Positions 14,758-22,095 of a stretch of DNA of 22,095 nucleotides are shown here, piece after piece. A program made the position numbers and the translations under genes. This DNA comes from Bdellovibrionota bacterium (lineage in GTDB: Bacteria; Bdellovibrionota_C; UBA2361; OMII01), in the NCBI GenBank assembly GCA_044356215.1, contig JBIKWQ010000058.1:1-22095 (forward strand). Reading direction: 5' to 3'. Every line of letters begins with the position of its first letter. Within the stretch, counting starts at the first letter, position 1. A model generated the notes under the pieces. It was not told where the DNA came from and did no database searches. It saw only the letters and a program-made list of their open reading frames with translations.

Positions 14758-15948
14758 ATGTCTCATCTCGAAGGATCTTTTGATGTCGTTATTATAGGAG
14801 CGGGCTTAGCTGGAGCTTGCTGCGCGTTCGCTCTAGCTCAGCGGGGCGCGAAAATCGCGCTACTAGATTCGCAAGCTGAGATGGCTAGCAAAGGCTCGGG
14901 GAACGCGCTCGGTCTAATAACCCCCTACCTATCCCTTAAACCATCACCCTTAGAGTCCTTTTATTCATCTGGATATCGGTTTACGCAAAATTTTCTAACC
15001 CGCTTCCCGGATACAGCTAAGACCTTTCAGGCAACCGGCTCTCTACAGCTTCCATCTACTACGCGTATCAGGAACCTAATCGAGTCAGACTCCCCTATCA
15101 TGGGCGCTGAACACACATCAAGAATAAATAGAGAGGAGGCTAGCGAGCTGGCGCGCATACGAATTAACCACAGGGCCATTTTTGTTAAAGACGGCGGCTT
15201 TATATCACCACGAGATTTTGCTCTTGGAGCAATTAACTACTATCCGAATGAAATTAAATTAATCCTAAACTCCGAGTGCGCAGGTATACGGAGAGACAAA
15301 AGAAACTGGGAGGTAACAACCAGCGGTGGTTTAAAGCTAACAGCACCGAACGTAATACTGTGCGCGGCTAGTGATAGCGCTAAATTTCAGCAGAGTTCTT
15401 GGGTGCCATTGGAACCAGTACGGGGGCAAACGGCGATCATAGAGGGGACAAGCCCTCTTAACTGTGTAGTATCCTATGGAGGATACATCACCCCTGCGAT
15501 CAATCAGAGATACTTCGTTGGAGCTCACTACAGTCACGATGACAACGAGCCGAGTCCACGCGAGACAGATACCGATTCCGTGATCGACCTCTGCTCAAAG
15601 TGGCTTCCCGAATTCGAAGCGCTCCGTCGCGCGACTATATCTCCGCGGGTATGTTTCCGCGCCTCAACGATCGATAGGTTGCCCTACCTCGGGACTCTTC
15701 CCGATATTAACCTTATGCGTGAGCAAGCCGCTCAGTATCGCTCAGGGACAGACTTAAAGTCTAAGATCGAACTGGTATTATTTCCTGGGCTTTTCATTAA
15801 CGCGGGACACGGGAGTCGGGGACTAATATCGTGTCCGATAGGTGGCGAGATCCTCGCTAGGGTGATTACCGGAGAAGGCATGGGCGAACTATCAGCAGCG
15901 GCGCTATCTACCAGTCCGTCTAGATTGCCTTGGAGCGTTATTCGCTGA
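14758..15948 (+). CDS. mnmC: FAD-dependent cmnm5s2U34 oxidoreductase (stand-alone C-terminal half of MnmC)
   Basis: IIGAGLAG, GSGN, PVRGQ, RASTIDRLPYLG, GHGSRGL; 396 aa; no N-terminal methyltransferase domain. Confidence 0.8.
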   Translation: MSHLEGSFDVVIIGAGLAGACCAFALAQRGAKIALLDSQAEMASKGSGNALGLITPYLSLKPSPLESFYSSGYRFTQNFLTRFPDTAKTFQATGSLQLPSTTRIRNLIESDSPIMGAEHTSRINREEASELARIRINHRAIFVKDGGFISPRDFALGAINYYPNEIKLILNSECAGIRRDKRNWEVTTSGGLKLTAPNVILCAASDSAKFQQSSWVPLEPVRGQTAIIEGTSPLNCVVSYGGYITPAINQRYFVGAHYSHDDNEPSPRETDTDSVIDLCSKWLPEFEALRRATISPRVCFRASTIDRLPYLGTLPDINLMREQAAQYRSGTDLKSKIELVLFPGLFINAGHGSRGLISCPIGGEILARVITGEGMGELSAAALSTSPSRLPWSVIR

Positions 15949-16770
15949 GCGTGCTCGTGAGGCTTCGCCTAAGACGCACGCAGCGGCGACCCCGACATTA
16001 AGACTCTCGATCGGCCCGCCGCGCGGGATTACAATTCGCTTATCCGCCGCCTCTAGAACTTTATCGGAGATCCCAATACCTTCCGATCCAAAAATCAACG
16101 CGACCTTCTCAGGCCAATCGATTGAATAGAGCGATGAAGCTTGATGTGGAGTTGTCGCGAATATAGAGAAGCCACTCTTTTTGATGCTTGCCAAGACCTC
16201 ATCCGCCTCGCGAACAACGGTTATCGGCAGGAACTCAGCCGCGCCCTCAGATACTCGACAGGCGGCCCCCGATAGAACTCGTGATTGTTTCGAGATCAGA
16301 ACTACCGCTGATACGCCAAAAAAACCCGCCGTTCTAAGTATCGCCCCAACATTATGAGGGTTCTCAACAGCCTCTAAAATCAGAACGCATCGAGTAGACT
16401 CTTCTTGTAATCGCGCCGTAAACTTTGATAGTGGAACCAAACCGAGCGGCTTAGCCTCGCAGCACACTCCCTCATGGTGCTCTGTAGCCGCTATCTTTGA
16501 TAATTCATCCCGCTCGACTATTTTATACTGAAGGCCACGCCGCTCACTCCAATCCAAAAGCTCTTGAAACTTATCCTCTAGCCCCTGAACTACAAAAACT
16601 CGGCGGATCTCGTTACGCCGATAGCGAAATATCGCTTGGCACTGGTTGACGCCATAAAACTTGATCAGCTCCTCTCGCTCTACCTTCTTATCACGCCACC
16701 TAGGTTCTCTTACCCCTCGCTGTTTTCTCGTCTTCGCGCTATCGTGTCGATCTCTACCGGTTCTAGTCAT
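15904..16770 (-). CDS. TrmH/SpoU-family RNA 2'-O-methyltransferase (RlmB/YfiF-like)
   Basis: FYGVNQC, HHEGV, VENPHNVGAILRT, FGSEGIG, IESLNVGVA. ATG at 16770 preferred; alternative GTG at 16779. Confidence 0.9.
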   Translation of the reverse strand: MTRTGRDRHDSAKTRKQRGVREPRWRDKKVEREELIKFYGVNQCQAIFRYRRNEIRRVFVVQGLEDKFQELLDWSERRGLQYKIVERDELSKIAATEHHEGVCCEAKPLGLVPLSKFTARLQEESTRCVLILEAVENPHNVGAILRTAGFFGVSAVVLISKQSRVLSGAACRVSEGAAEFLPITVVREADEVLASIKKSGFSIFATTPHQASSLYSIDWPEKVALIFGSEGIGISDKVLEAADKRIVIPRGGPIESLNVGVAAACVLGEASRARSANNAPRQSRRTGR

Positions 16771-17881
16771 GACTCCCACTCAAAGAAACTTAGACAGCGC
16801 TCCGACAAAACTGAAAACCATCTGTGTAACCAGACCCGATCAAGAGGGGTACCTAATCTCCATTCTGAAAAAAAGGACCGCCCTATCCTGCCGCGCGGAC
16901 GCCATACAGTGTAACCGTATAGCGCCGATGGTGGTAGAGCTAACGCACGACTCTCACGCCGAACTCCTTGAGACACCACTATTTTTCGCTGCGCAGACCC
17001 TCCCGGATGCTAAAGAGATTCAAGCCGCCTCGATTTCTATCTGGGCTAGCGCTATTTTAGACTATCTTGTCGCTCGTTTTGGCGAAACTGCTCCATCCTG
17101 GTCGTTAAGCATATTTGAACCAGATAGCTGCGCCACAGGAACAAAATTCGCCCGACAGGCGAGGATTGAAGATGCCCTTCTCGAGAACCTACGTAAGAAG
17201 AGACGTGCTTATCTGCGAGCTCTGAAAGAGAACCCCTCTTCATCGGATACTATCGTTCAAGTACTTGCTGTTACTCCAGAGCGCGGATACATCAGTATCG
17301 TCAGTCCCGACACACGCCAAATATACGGTTCCAGCATGCCTAATTCGTATGCCGGATTCACTTATGTAGCGGATGATAAACGCCCCCCTTCTCGGGCGTT
17401 TAAAAAGCTCCGCGAGGCGATTCAATTGTTCTCTCTTCCTGTGAAAAAAGGACAAACGGCGGTAGACCTCGGCGCATCCCCCGGAGGCTGGACATATGTG
17501 ATGAGGCAATTGGGTCTTACGGTAACCGCGATTGATCGATCTCCCCTGGACTCGTCACTTTCTCGGGACAGAGGAATAGTTTGTTTGACCGGCGATGCCT
17601 TAAGTTGGAAGCCGACTCAATGCGTAGATTGGATGATCTGTGACGTAATTACAGCGCCGATTAATACCGCCAAACTCCTTAAAGAGTGGCTCGGTGCAGG
17701 CCTTTGCCGGAACTTCTGCGTCACTGTAAAGTTCAAAGGCGAGCCCGATTTTGATACTCTAGTAGAACTGAGCGCCTTTCTTAAATCATCGTGTAGCTGG
17801 TTTGACGCTAGACAGCTAACTAGCAACAAGAATGAGCTGACGTTAGTGGGGAAAGAAAAAGAGCCCAAACAGACTATTTAG
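16769..17881 (+). CDS. rlmM: RlmM-like (FtsJ-fold) 23S rRNA 2'-O-methyltransferase
   Basis: PSRAFKKLREA, AVDLGASPGGWT, WMICDV, VKF, RQL..NKNELT. ATG at 16769 chosen because the RlmM-like N-terminal segment TRPDQEGYL starts just after it. Confidence 0.72.
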   Translation: MTPTQRNLDSAPTKLKTICVTRPDQEGYLISILKKRTALSCRADAIQCNRIAPMVVELTHDSHAELLETPLFFAAQTLPDAKEIQAASISIWASAILDYLVARFGETAPSWSLSIFEPDSCATGTKFARQARIEDALLENLRKKRRAYLRALKENPSSSDTIVQVLAVTPERGYISIVSPDTRQIYGSSMPNSYAGFTYVADDKRPPSRAFKKLREAIQLFSLPVKKGQTAVDLGASPGGWTYVMRQLGLTVTAIDRSPLDSSLSRDRGIVCLTGDALSWKPTQCVDWMICDVITAPINTAKLLKEWLGAGLCRNFCVTVKFKGEPDFDTLVELSAFLKSSCSWFDARQLTSNKNELTLVGKEKEPKQTI

Positions 17882-17893
17882 CGATGTTAAGAC

Positions 17894-17918
17894 TTCAAAA
17901 AAGCGGGTGAGTAGTTAC
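17894..17918 (-). repeat. Copy 3 (inverted) of dispersed 25-bp motif
   Basis: Reverse complement GTAACTACTCACCCGCTTTTTTGAA; 22/25 identical to 14492-14516. Confidence 0.8.
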
Positions 17919-17989
17919 TATCTGTTTATCACGGCTATTTCGAATTATCCTGCTTGAGGCGTTTAACTGCTCTTTTTAGGATAAATTAA

Positions 17990-20080
17990 GTGAAGAAGAT
18001 CTCAATCAGTGCCGGCGCTTTCTGGCTAGTAGTTCTAATGACCGCCGCAATCGCGGCTTTATCGTATTGGTGCTTATCTGAACACGCGGAGCAGCGTGGA
18101 TGTCTGATATTCCTGCAGCCATACGTAAAGTCGATCGTTAAAATCGTAGAACGATTCTGGGGTGATTCTGGCTTACGCGCTCGATTATACATGTACACCA
18201 CCTACGGATTTGGGGCTTTTATGGGCCTTTTGGGGATAATCTGTATGTGCCGTCGGAAATGGGGGCCTAGCTTATTTTGCCTTTTAGCTCTTGCTCCCTG
18301 CGCGGTTGAGTTGATGATCTTAATCGGCCAACCAAAAATAGCGGCATACGCTTATCCTGTTTGTGTATTCACTTTGGGGTTATTCTTCTTTTTGAGTAAA
18401 CAGAGCTCCGCGGAAACAGGGAGCTACACCCGCTCGATTGGGATTAGCGAGATTATCGGATTCACGGCTCTCTTTGTGGCTGTCTCGCTTTCTCGTTATT
18501 ACCTACTCAATACTGTCCCCGTTTTATGGGATACCGAGCTCTGCAACTTCCGCTACACCATATTCACTTCTTTTCACAATGTGATGCGCGTAGAGGCCAG
18601 TATCCCACGGCACACATCACTAGGAATGTCTTGGACATTGATTTATTGGCTTTTCGGACACCTAAACGAACCGGATCTGTACTATTTCTATCAGCGCCTA
18701 ATCGGCGCCGCCATAAGCATAATTAAGATCGGGCTGATCTACTCCGTGATTCGCTACCTCAGCGGACCAATTCCAGCTCTCTTTGGGGCAGTAGCTTTAT
18801 CTTTTGGTCCCCCTGAAAATTGGTGGTCACGCGAACCGTGCGCCCATCAGATCCCTGGGCTCGTGACACTCTTGATTATCTTCGCGACCGCTCGCGCCTT
18901 TTTCCGGAGAAGGTGGCGCGACTTCCTTTTAGCTTCTGCTGTCAGCGCGCTGGCCAGAATCACTTACGCGTCAGGCTTATTCCTTGTGTTCACGCCGCTA
19001 TTGTTTTTCCTGGTCCTCTTAGCTTTTCAATGGAAGGAGTGGAAAAGGCACGCCCTCAAAATCGCGACTCTCACATTTGGCATAGGTATATGGCTCTGCT
19101 GGACATCTATGGCGGTAAGCTACATATCTGGCCATTGGACTTGGGTATCACCTCTTGCGGTTCCTCCAGGTGACGCGACTCCCGGGGGAATACTTGGTCT
19201 AATCAGCCGAGTGTGGAATGAAACCTTACCATCCGCGCTTACCTCCATCTTCATTCAACAGGTGAATGGAAGCCACTGGACGGTCCCCCTCACCTTAGCA
19301 CCTCTTCGCTCAAACACATCAGCGGTTCTGATATTAAGTATCATCGGAATAGCACGTTTATTGGTCAGGCGCGCTTCTCCGATCGCTTTAATGCTCTTTA
19401 TAGCGATCCTACTCTCTCTGATCCCTGGCATAACTACTGGGTACGCGGACCGTCGTATAGGAGCTATCTTCGCCGCTCTCATAGTTTTTGCCGCTCATGA
19501 GCTGCACGAGATAATCTCATATTTCAGTCGGTGCGGCGCGCCTCGCCTGATTAGAGGCTTCGCCGCGTTCGCGCTTCTGGTGCAGGCTGTTTACCTCGGA
19601 GCAATAGCGACAGGCATGCAATTTATCGGAGAATCGGGCGTCCCTTCCCAAGTACCGCATGGGAGACTGACCCGAAAGGCTTTACAGGAAGATACCTTAA
19701 TGGTGTATCTAACCGGAGACATGGGCTGCGACACCTTCATGTCAGTGCTGCAACAGCTTCTCGATCATAAAGGCTCAATCGGTTGGACGGCTCCGGATCA
19801 TGTACTAGCGCCGGGAGATTCTATTATCGTGAATCCCAAGATCTATCCTCAATGGATCCGCGAGCGCAGCCGCGAACTGGCTAATTACTACGCGGACCGC
19901 AAAACTAACTGGAAAGCCGTTCGGTTCCTTTTCACCGGTAATTCTCAGGCTCCTTACTTCACGGAAACACTAAAAAGAGTGTATCCTGAGGGGATTCTTG
20001 AGCAAGAATCGGTAGCGGCTGGTTTCGAATCACCGACTACACTTTATACTTACACAGTTAGCAAAGAGATCGCGCCATGA
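17990..20080 (+). CDS. Large polytopic membrane protein, probably GT-C (ArnT/PMT-like) glycosyltransferase
   Basis: More than 12 hydrophobic segments, 'RYYLLNTVPVLWDTE' loop after a TM, soluble C-terminal domain. Family assignment is tentative. Confidence 0.6.
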   Translation: MKKISISAGAFWLVVLMTAAIAALSYWCLSEHAEQRGCLIFLQPYVKSIVKIVERFWGDSGLRARLYMYTTYGFGAFMGLLGIICMCRRKWGPSLFCLLALAPCAVELMILIGQPKIAAYAYPVCVFTLGLFFFLSKQSSAETGSYTRSIGISEIIGFTALFVAVSLSRYYLLNTVPVLWDTELCNFRYTIFTSFHNVMRVEASIPRHTSLGMSWTLIYWLFGHLNEPDLYYFYQRLIGAAISIIKIGLIYSVIRYLSGPIPALFGAVALSFGPPENWWSREPCAHQIPGLVTLLIIFATARAFFRRRWRDFLLASAVSALARITYASGLFLVFTPLLFFLVLLAFQWKEWKRHALKIATLTFGIGIWLCWTSMAVSYISGHWTWVSPLAVPPGDATPGGILGLISRVWNETLPSALTSIFIQQVNGSHWTVPLTLAPLRSNTSAVLILSIIGIARLLVRRASPIALMLFIAILLSLIPGITTGYADRRIGAIFAALIVFAAHELHEIISYFSRCGAPRLIRGFAAFALLVQAVYLGAIATGMQFIGESGVPSQVPHGRLTRKALQEDTLMVYLTGDMGCDTFMSVLQQLLDHKGSIGWTAPDHVLAPGDSIIVNPKIYPQWIRERSRELANYYADRKTNWKAVRFLFTGNSQAPYFTETLKRVYPEGILEQESVAAGFESPTTLYTYTVSKEIAP

Positions 20081-20697
20081 CCGAATTTAAATCCCATAGA
20101 GCTCACCCCTGGCACGGAGTTTCTTATGGAGACGATGCCCCAGAGATAGTAACCTGCTACATTGAGATCGTCCCTACTGACACGGTAAAGTTTGAGATCG
20201 ATAAGATCTCGGGGATTCTTAAAGTAGATCGCCCCCAGAAATATTCTAACTACTGCCCTGCCCTTTATGGATTTATCCCGCAAACTTATTGTGGTGACGG
20301 GGTTGGGAATCTCTGCGCGAAATCATTAAAGCGCAAAGGAAAGATTAAGGGCGATGGCGATCCAGTAGATATCTGCGTACTAGCAGATGTCACGATAGCC
20401 CATGGAGATATCCTCGTGCGCGCCAGGCCGATCGGCGGGCTAAAACTAATCGATCGGAATGAGGCCGATGATAAGATTATCGCGGTACTCGAGGGCGACG
20501 GTGTTTATGGTCACATGAAAGATATCGGAGACCTTCCATTAGCGGTGGTGGATCGCTTACGTCACTACTTCTTAACGTATAAGCAGATCCCGAGTGCTGG
20601 AAAACGATCTCCTGTTGAAGTAGCGCAGGTCTATGGAAGACGCGTAGCGCACCAGGTTATCAAGCAGAGCATCAAGGACTATCAGGAGCTTTGCTAG
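20077..20697 (+). CDS. ppa: Family I inorganic pyrophosphatase
   Basis: HPWHG, KFEIDK, YGFIPQTY, GDGDPVDICV, EADDKIIAV, HYFLTYK; ATGA overlap with the upstream gene. Confidence 0.96.
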   Translation: MTEFKSHRAHPWHGVSYGDDAPEIVTCYIEIVPTDTVKFEIDKISGILKVDRPQKYSNYCPALYGFIPQTYCGDGVGNLCAKSLKRKGKIKGDGDPVDICVLADVTIAHGDILVRARPIGGLKLIDRNEADDKIIAVLEGDGVYGHMKDIGDLPLAVVDRLRHYFLTYKQIPSAGKRSPVEVAQVYGRRVAHQVIKQSIKDYQELC

Positions 20698-20706
20698 GTT
20701 GCTTGT

Positions 20707-21831
20707 ATGATTCTTAAGTTAATCAACATCCGGATTTTGAGCGTGGGGAGGATCTCAGCTCTCGCTCTATCGTTGTTTTTTTCCCCCAGCTACATCAACG
20801 CCGACACGGCCAAGCCAACTATCTGTGTTGTCGCCCCGTTATCGGGCCAGTTGGCTACATATGGTAAGGCAATCCGAAACGGAATCGATCTAGCCCGAGC
20901 GAATCACCCCGAGTTGATTAATGCAGTCGATTTTCACTTTGAGGATGATCAGCACGATCCTAAGCGCTCTCTAACAGCTTACCGTAACATCGCCAGTCAA
21001 ACACAACCAGGCGCTCTGATGGTTTTTGGCTTCTTCTTTCCGACAGTTATGGGCCGCGAGATAGCCACGAAAAAAATCCCTGTGATAAACCTCTCTTTCT
21101 TCGCGAAGCCAGCTATAGGGAATCCTTACATCATTCGATCAATGAACCACACCGGCCAGTACGCTCATGCGCTGGCCGACTTTTTGGCGAAGGAGAATCA
21201 GTCAGAGTATCCTTTTATTCGGGCGCAGTACGAGTTCTATTTGAGACTCTCTGAGGATACAGACGCTCGTCTCCGAGAGATTAAACCGGGAACCAAGCTA
21301 TCTCTAATGGCGGAGGTTCTCCCAAACGAGCAGGACTTTCGCGCGATCATCTTAAAATTGAAAGCCTCAACTCCAAAAAGGGTGGGATTATTCCTATTTC
21401 CAGGCCAGTTACCATCTTTTATGCGTCAGGCTCGCGAGACCAACTTAAATTTCGAGATTTTCGGCTCGCCTGCCTGTGAAACGGCCGCCACTATTGAAGG
21501 CGCGAGGCAGCTTATTGAGGGATGCGTTTACCCAGACAATGACGTGGCATCTGATTTTAGAGAGAGCTATCGCTCGCGCTACGGTGATGAAACGCAATTA
21601 ACGTTCGCGGGCGCCTCCTATGATATGAGCCTACTTCTCGGAGACTATTTTCGTCGCCACCCAGGGAGTTCGTCCACGGAGGTATTAGCCGCTCTTGAAG
21701 CCGTTCAGGGGCGCTCCGGGGTGCTCGGGAGCTTTACATTTAAAGACGATCCGGCGTTCGGAAAGTACTATAGTTATCCGATTGTTGCGAAGAGAATTAG
21801 TAATGGTGTCGGGGTAGTGGTGAAGCAATAG
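20707..21831 (+). CDS. Type I periplasmic (LivJ-like) ABC substrate-binding protein, orphan in this window
   Basis: Signal-like N-terminus, PLSGQLATYG, FEDD, DFRAIILKLK, YDM, GVLGSFTF. Confidence 0.85.
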   Translation: MILKLINIRILSVGRISALALSLFFSPSYINADTAKPTICVVAPLSGQLATYGKAIRNGIDLARANHPELINAVDFHFEDDQHDPKRSLTAYRNIASQTQPGALMVFGFFFPTVMGREIATKKIPVINLSFFAKPAIGNPYIIRSMNHTGQYAHALADFLAKENQSEYPFIRAQYEFYLRLSEDTDARLREIKPGTKLSLMAEVLPNEQDFRAIILKLKASTPKRVGLFLFPGQLPSFMRQARETNLNFEIFGSPACETAATIEGARQLIEGCVYPDNDVASDFRESYRSRYGDETQLTFAGASYDMSLLLGDYFRRHPGSSSTEVLAALEAVQGRSGVLGSFTFKDDPAFGKYYSYPIVAKRISNGVGVVVKQ

Positions 21832-21859
21832 GCCTTTTTATTGCCAATTATGGAGTTTT

Positions 21860-21886
21860 CTCTGTGTCCTCTGAGTCCTCTGTGGT
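21860..21886. repeat. Three tandem 9-bp repeats CTCTG(T/A)G(T/G)(C/T)
   Basis: CTCTGTGTC CTCTGAGTC CTCTGTGGT. Confidence 0.7.
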
Positions 21887-21926
21887 AAAAATATTTCACT
21901 AATTATCCCAGCAGCTTACCAACAAT

Positions 21927-21991
21927 ACTGCGACGCCCTATTAAAAATGACCGACATTTGAGTAGCGGTAGGGCGTCGCAGTTCTTTTTTT
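21927..21991 (+). terminator. Perfect 14-bp inverted repeat followed by a T-tract; probable intrinsic terminator or REP-pair remnant
   Basis: ACTGCGACGCCCTA (21927-21940) / TAGGGCGTCGCAGT (21969-21982), 28-nt loop, then TCTTTTTTT. Confidence 0.55.
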
Positions 21992-22095
21992 ATCCCCCTC
22001 AGGAAGTCGGCCATTTGGAGTATTTTTGGGGTCTTAGACGGTTTATTTGGGGCTATCTGACAGGTGGATAGGTGAATTTGGGGAGGAAAAAATAT

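Noticed and set aside
16661..16768. N-terminal extension of the RlmM-like ORF as given in the ORF track
   Set aside because: It lies antisense within the TrmH-like CDS; the downstream ATG at 16769 is more plausible.
174..20283. Remaining antisense or alternate-frame ORFs (e.g. 174-659, 4041-4451, 5826-6260, 13919-14323, 18820-19173)
   Set aside because: They are shadows of well-supported genes and show no independent coding signals.

Overview
Bacterial chromosomal window (about 50% GC) made mostly of housekeeping genes. In order: hda-like and murA (-); a 115-aa orphan (+); two tRNA-Gly genes (CCC and GCC, -) separated by a 767-bp nested palindromic repeat array; a tandem zf-TFIIB-like protein (+); an RluA-family pseudouridine synthase, a MotE/YlxF-like gene and a flagellar basal-body/export operon flgB-flgC-fliE-fliF-fliH-fliI-fliJ with no fliG (-); mtgA and uppP (-); three interlocked RNA-modification genes (MnmC C-half, TrmH-family, RlmM-like); a GT-C-like membrane protein, ppa and an orphan type I periplasmic binding protein (+). 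No transposase, integrase or cas gene is visible. The most interesting signals are: (i) the inter-tRNA array, with 7 double-hairpin units and 24 15-bp subunits carrying 19 AGGA motifs; (ii) a small protein whose C-terminus matches the T3SS needle/axial-subunit helix, near the fliG-less operon; (iii) a candidate structured ncRNA at about 13331-13575 with five AAGGUUU motifs; (iv) a 25-bp motif present three times at gene-block boundaries; (v) an IF1-like N-terminal motif fused to Cys-depleted zinc ribbons. All homology calls come from motif recognition by eye, and reference sequences are recalled from memory; no searches were run.
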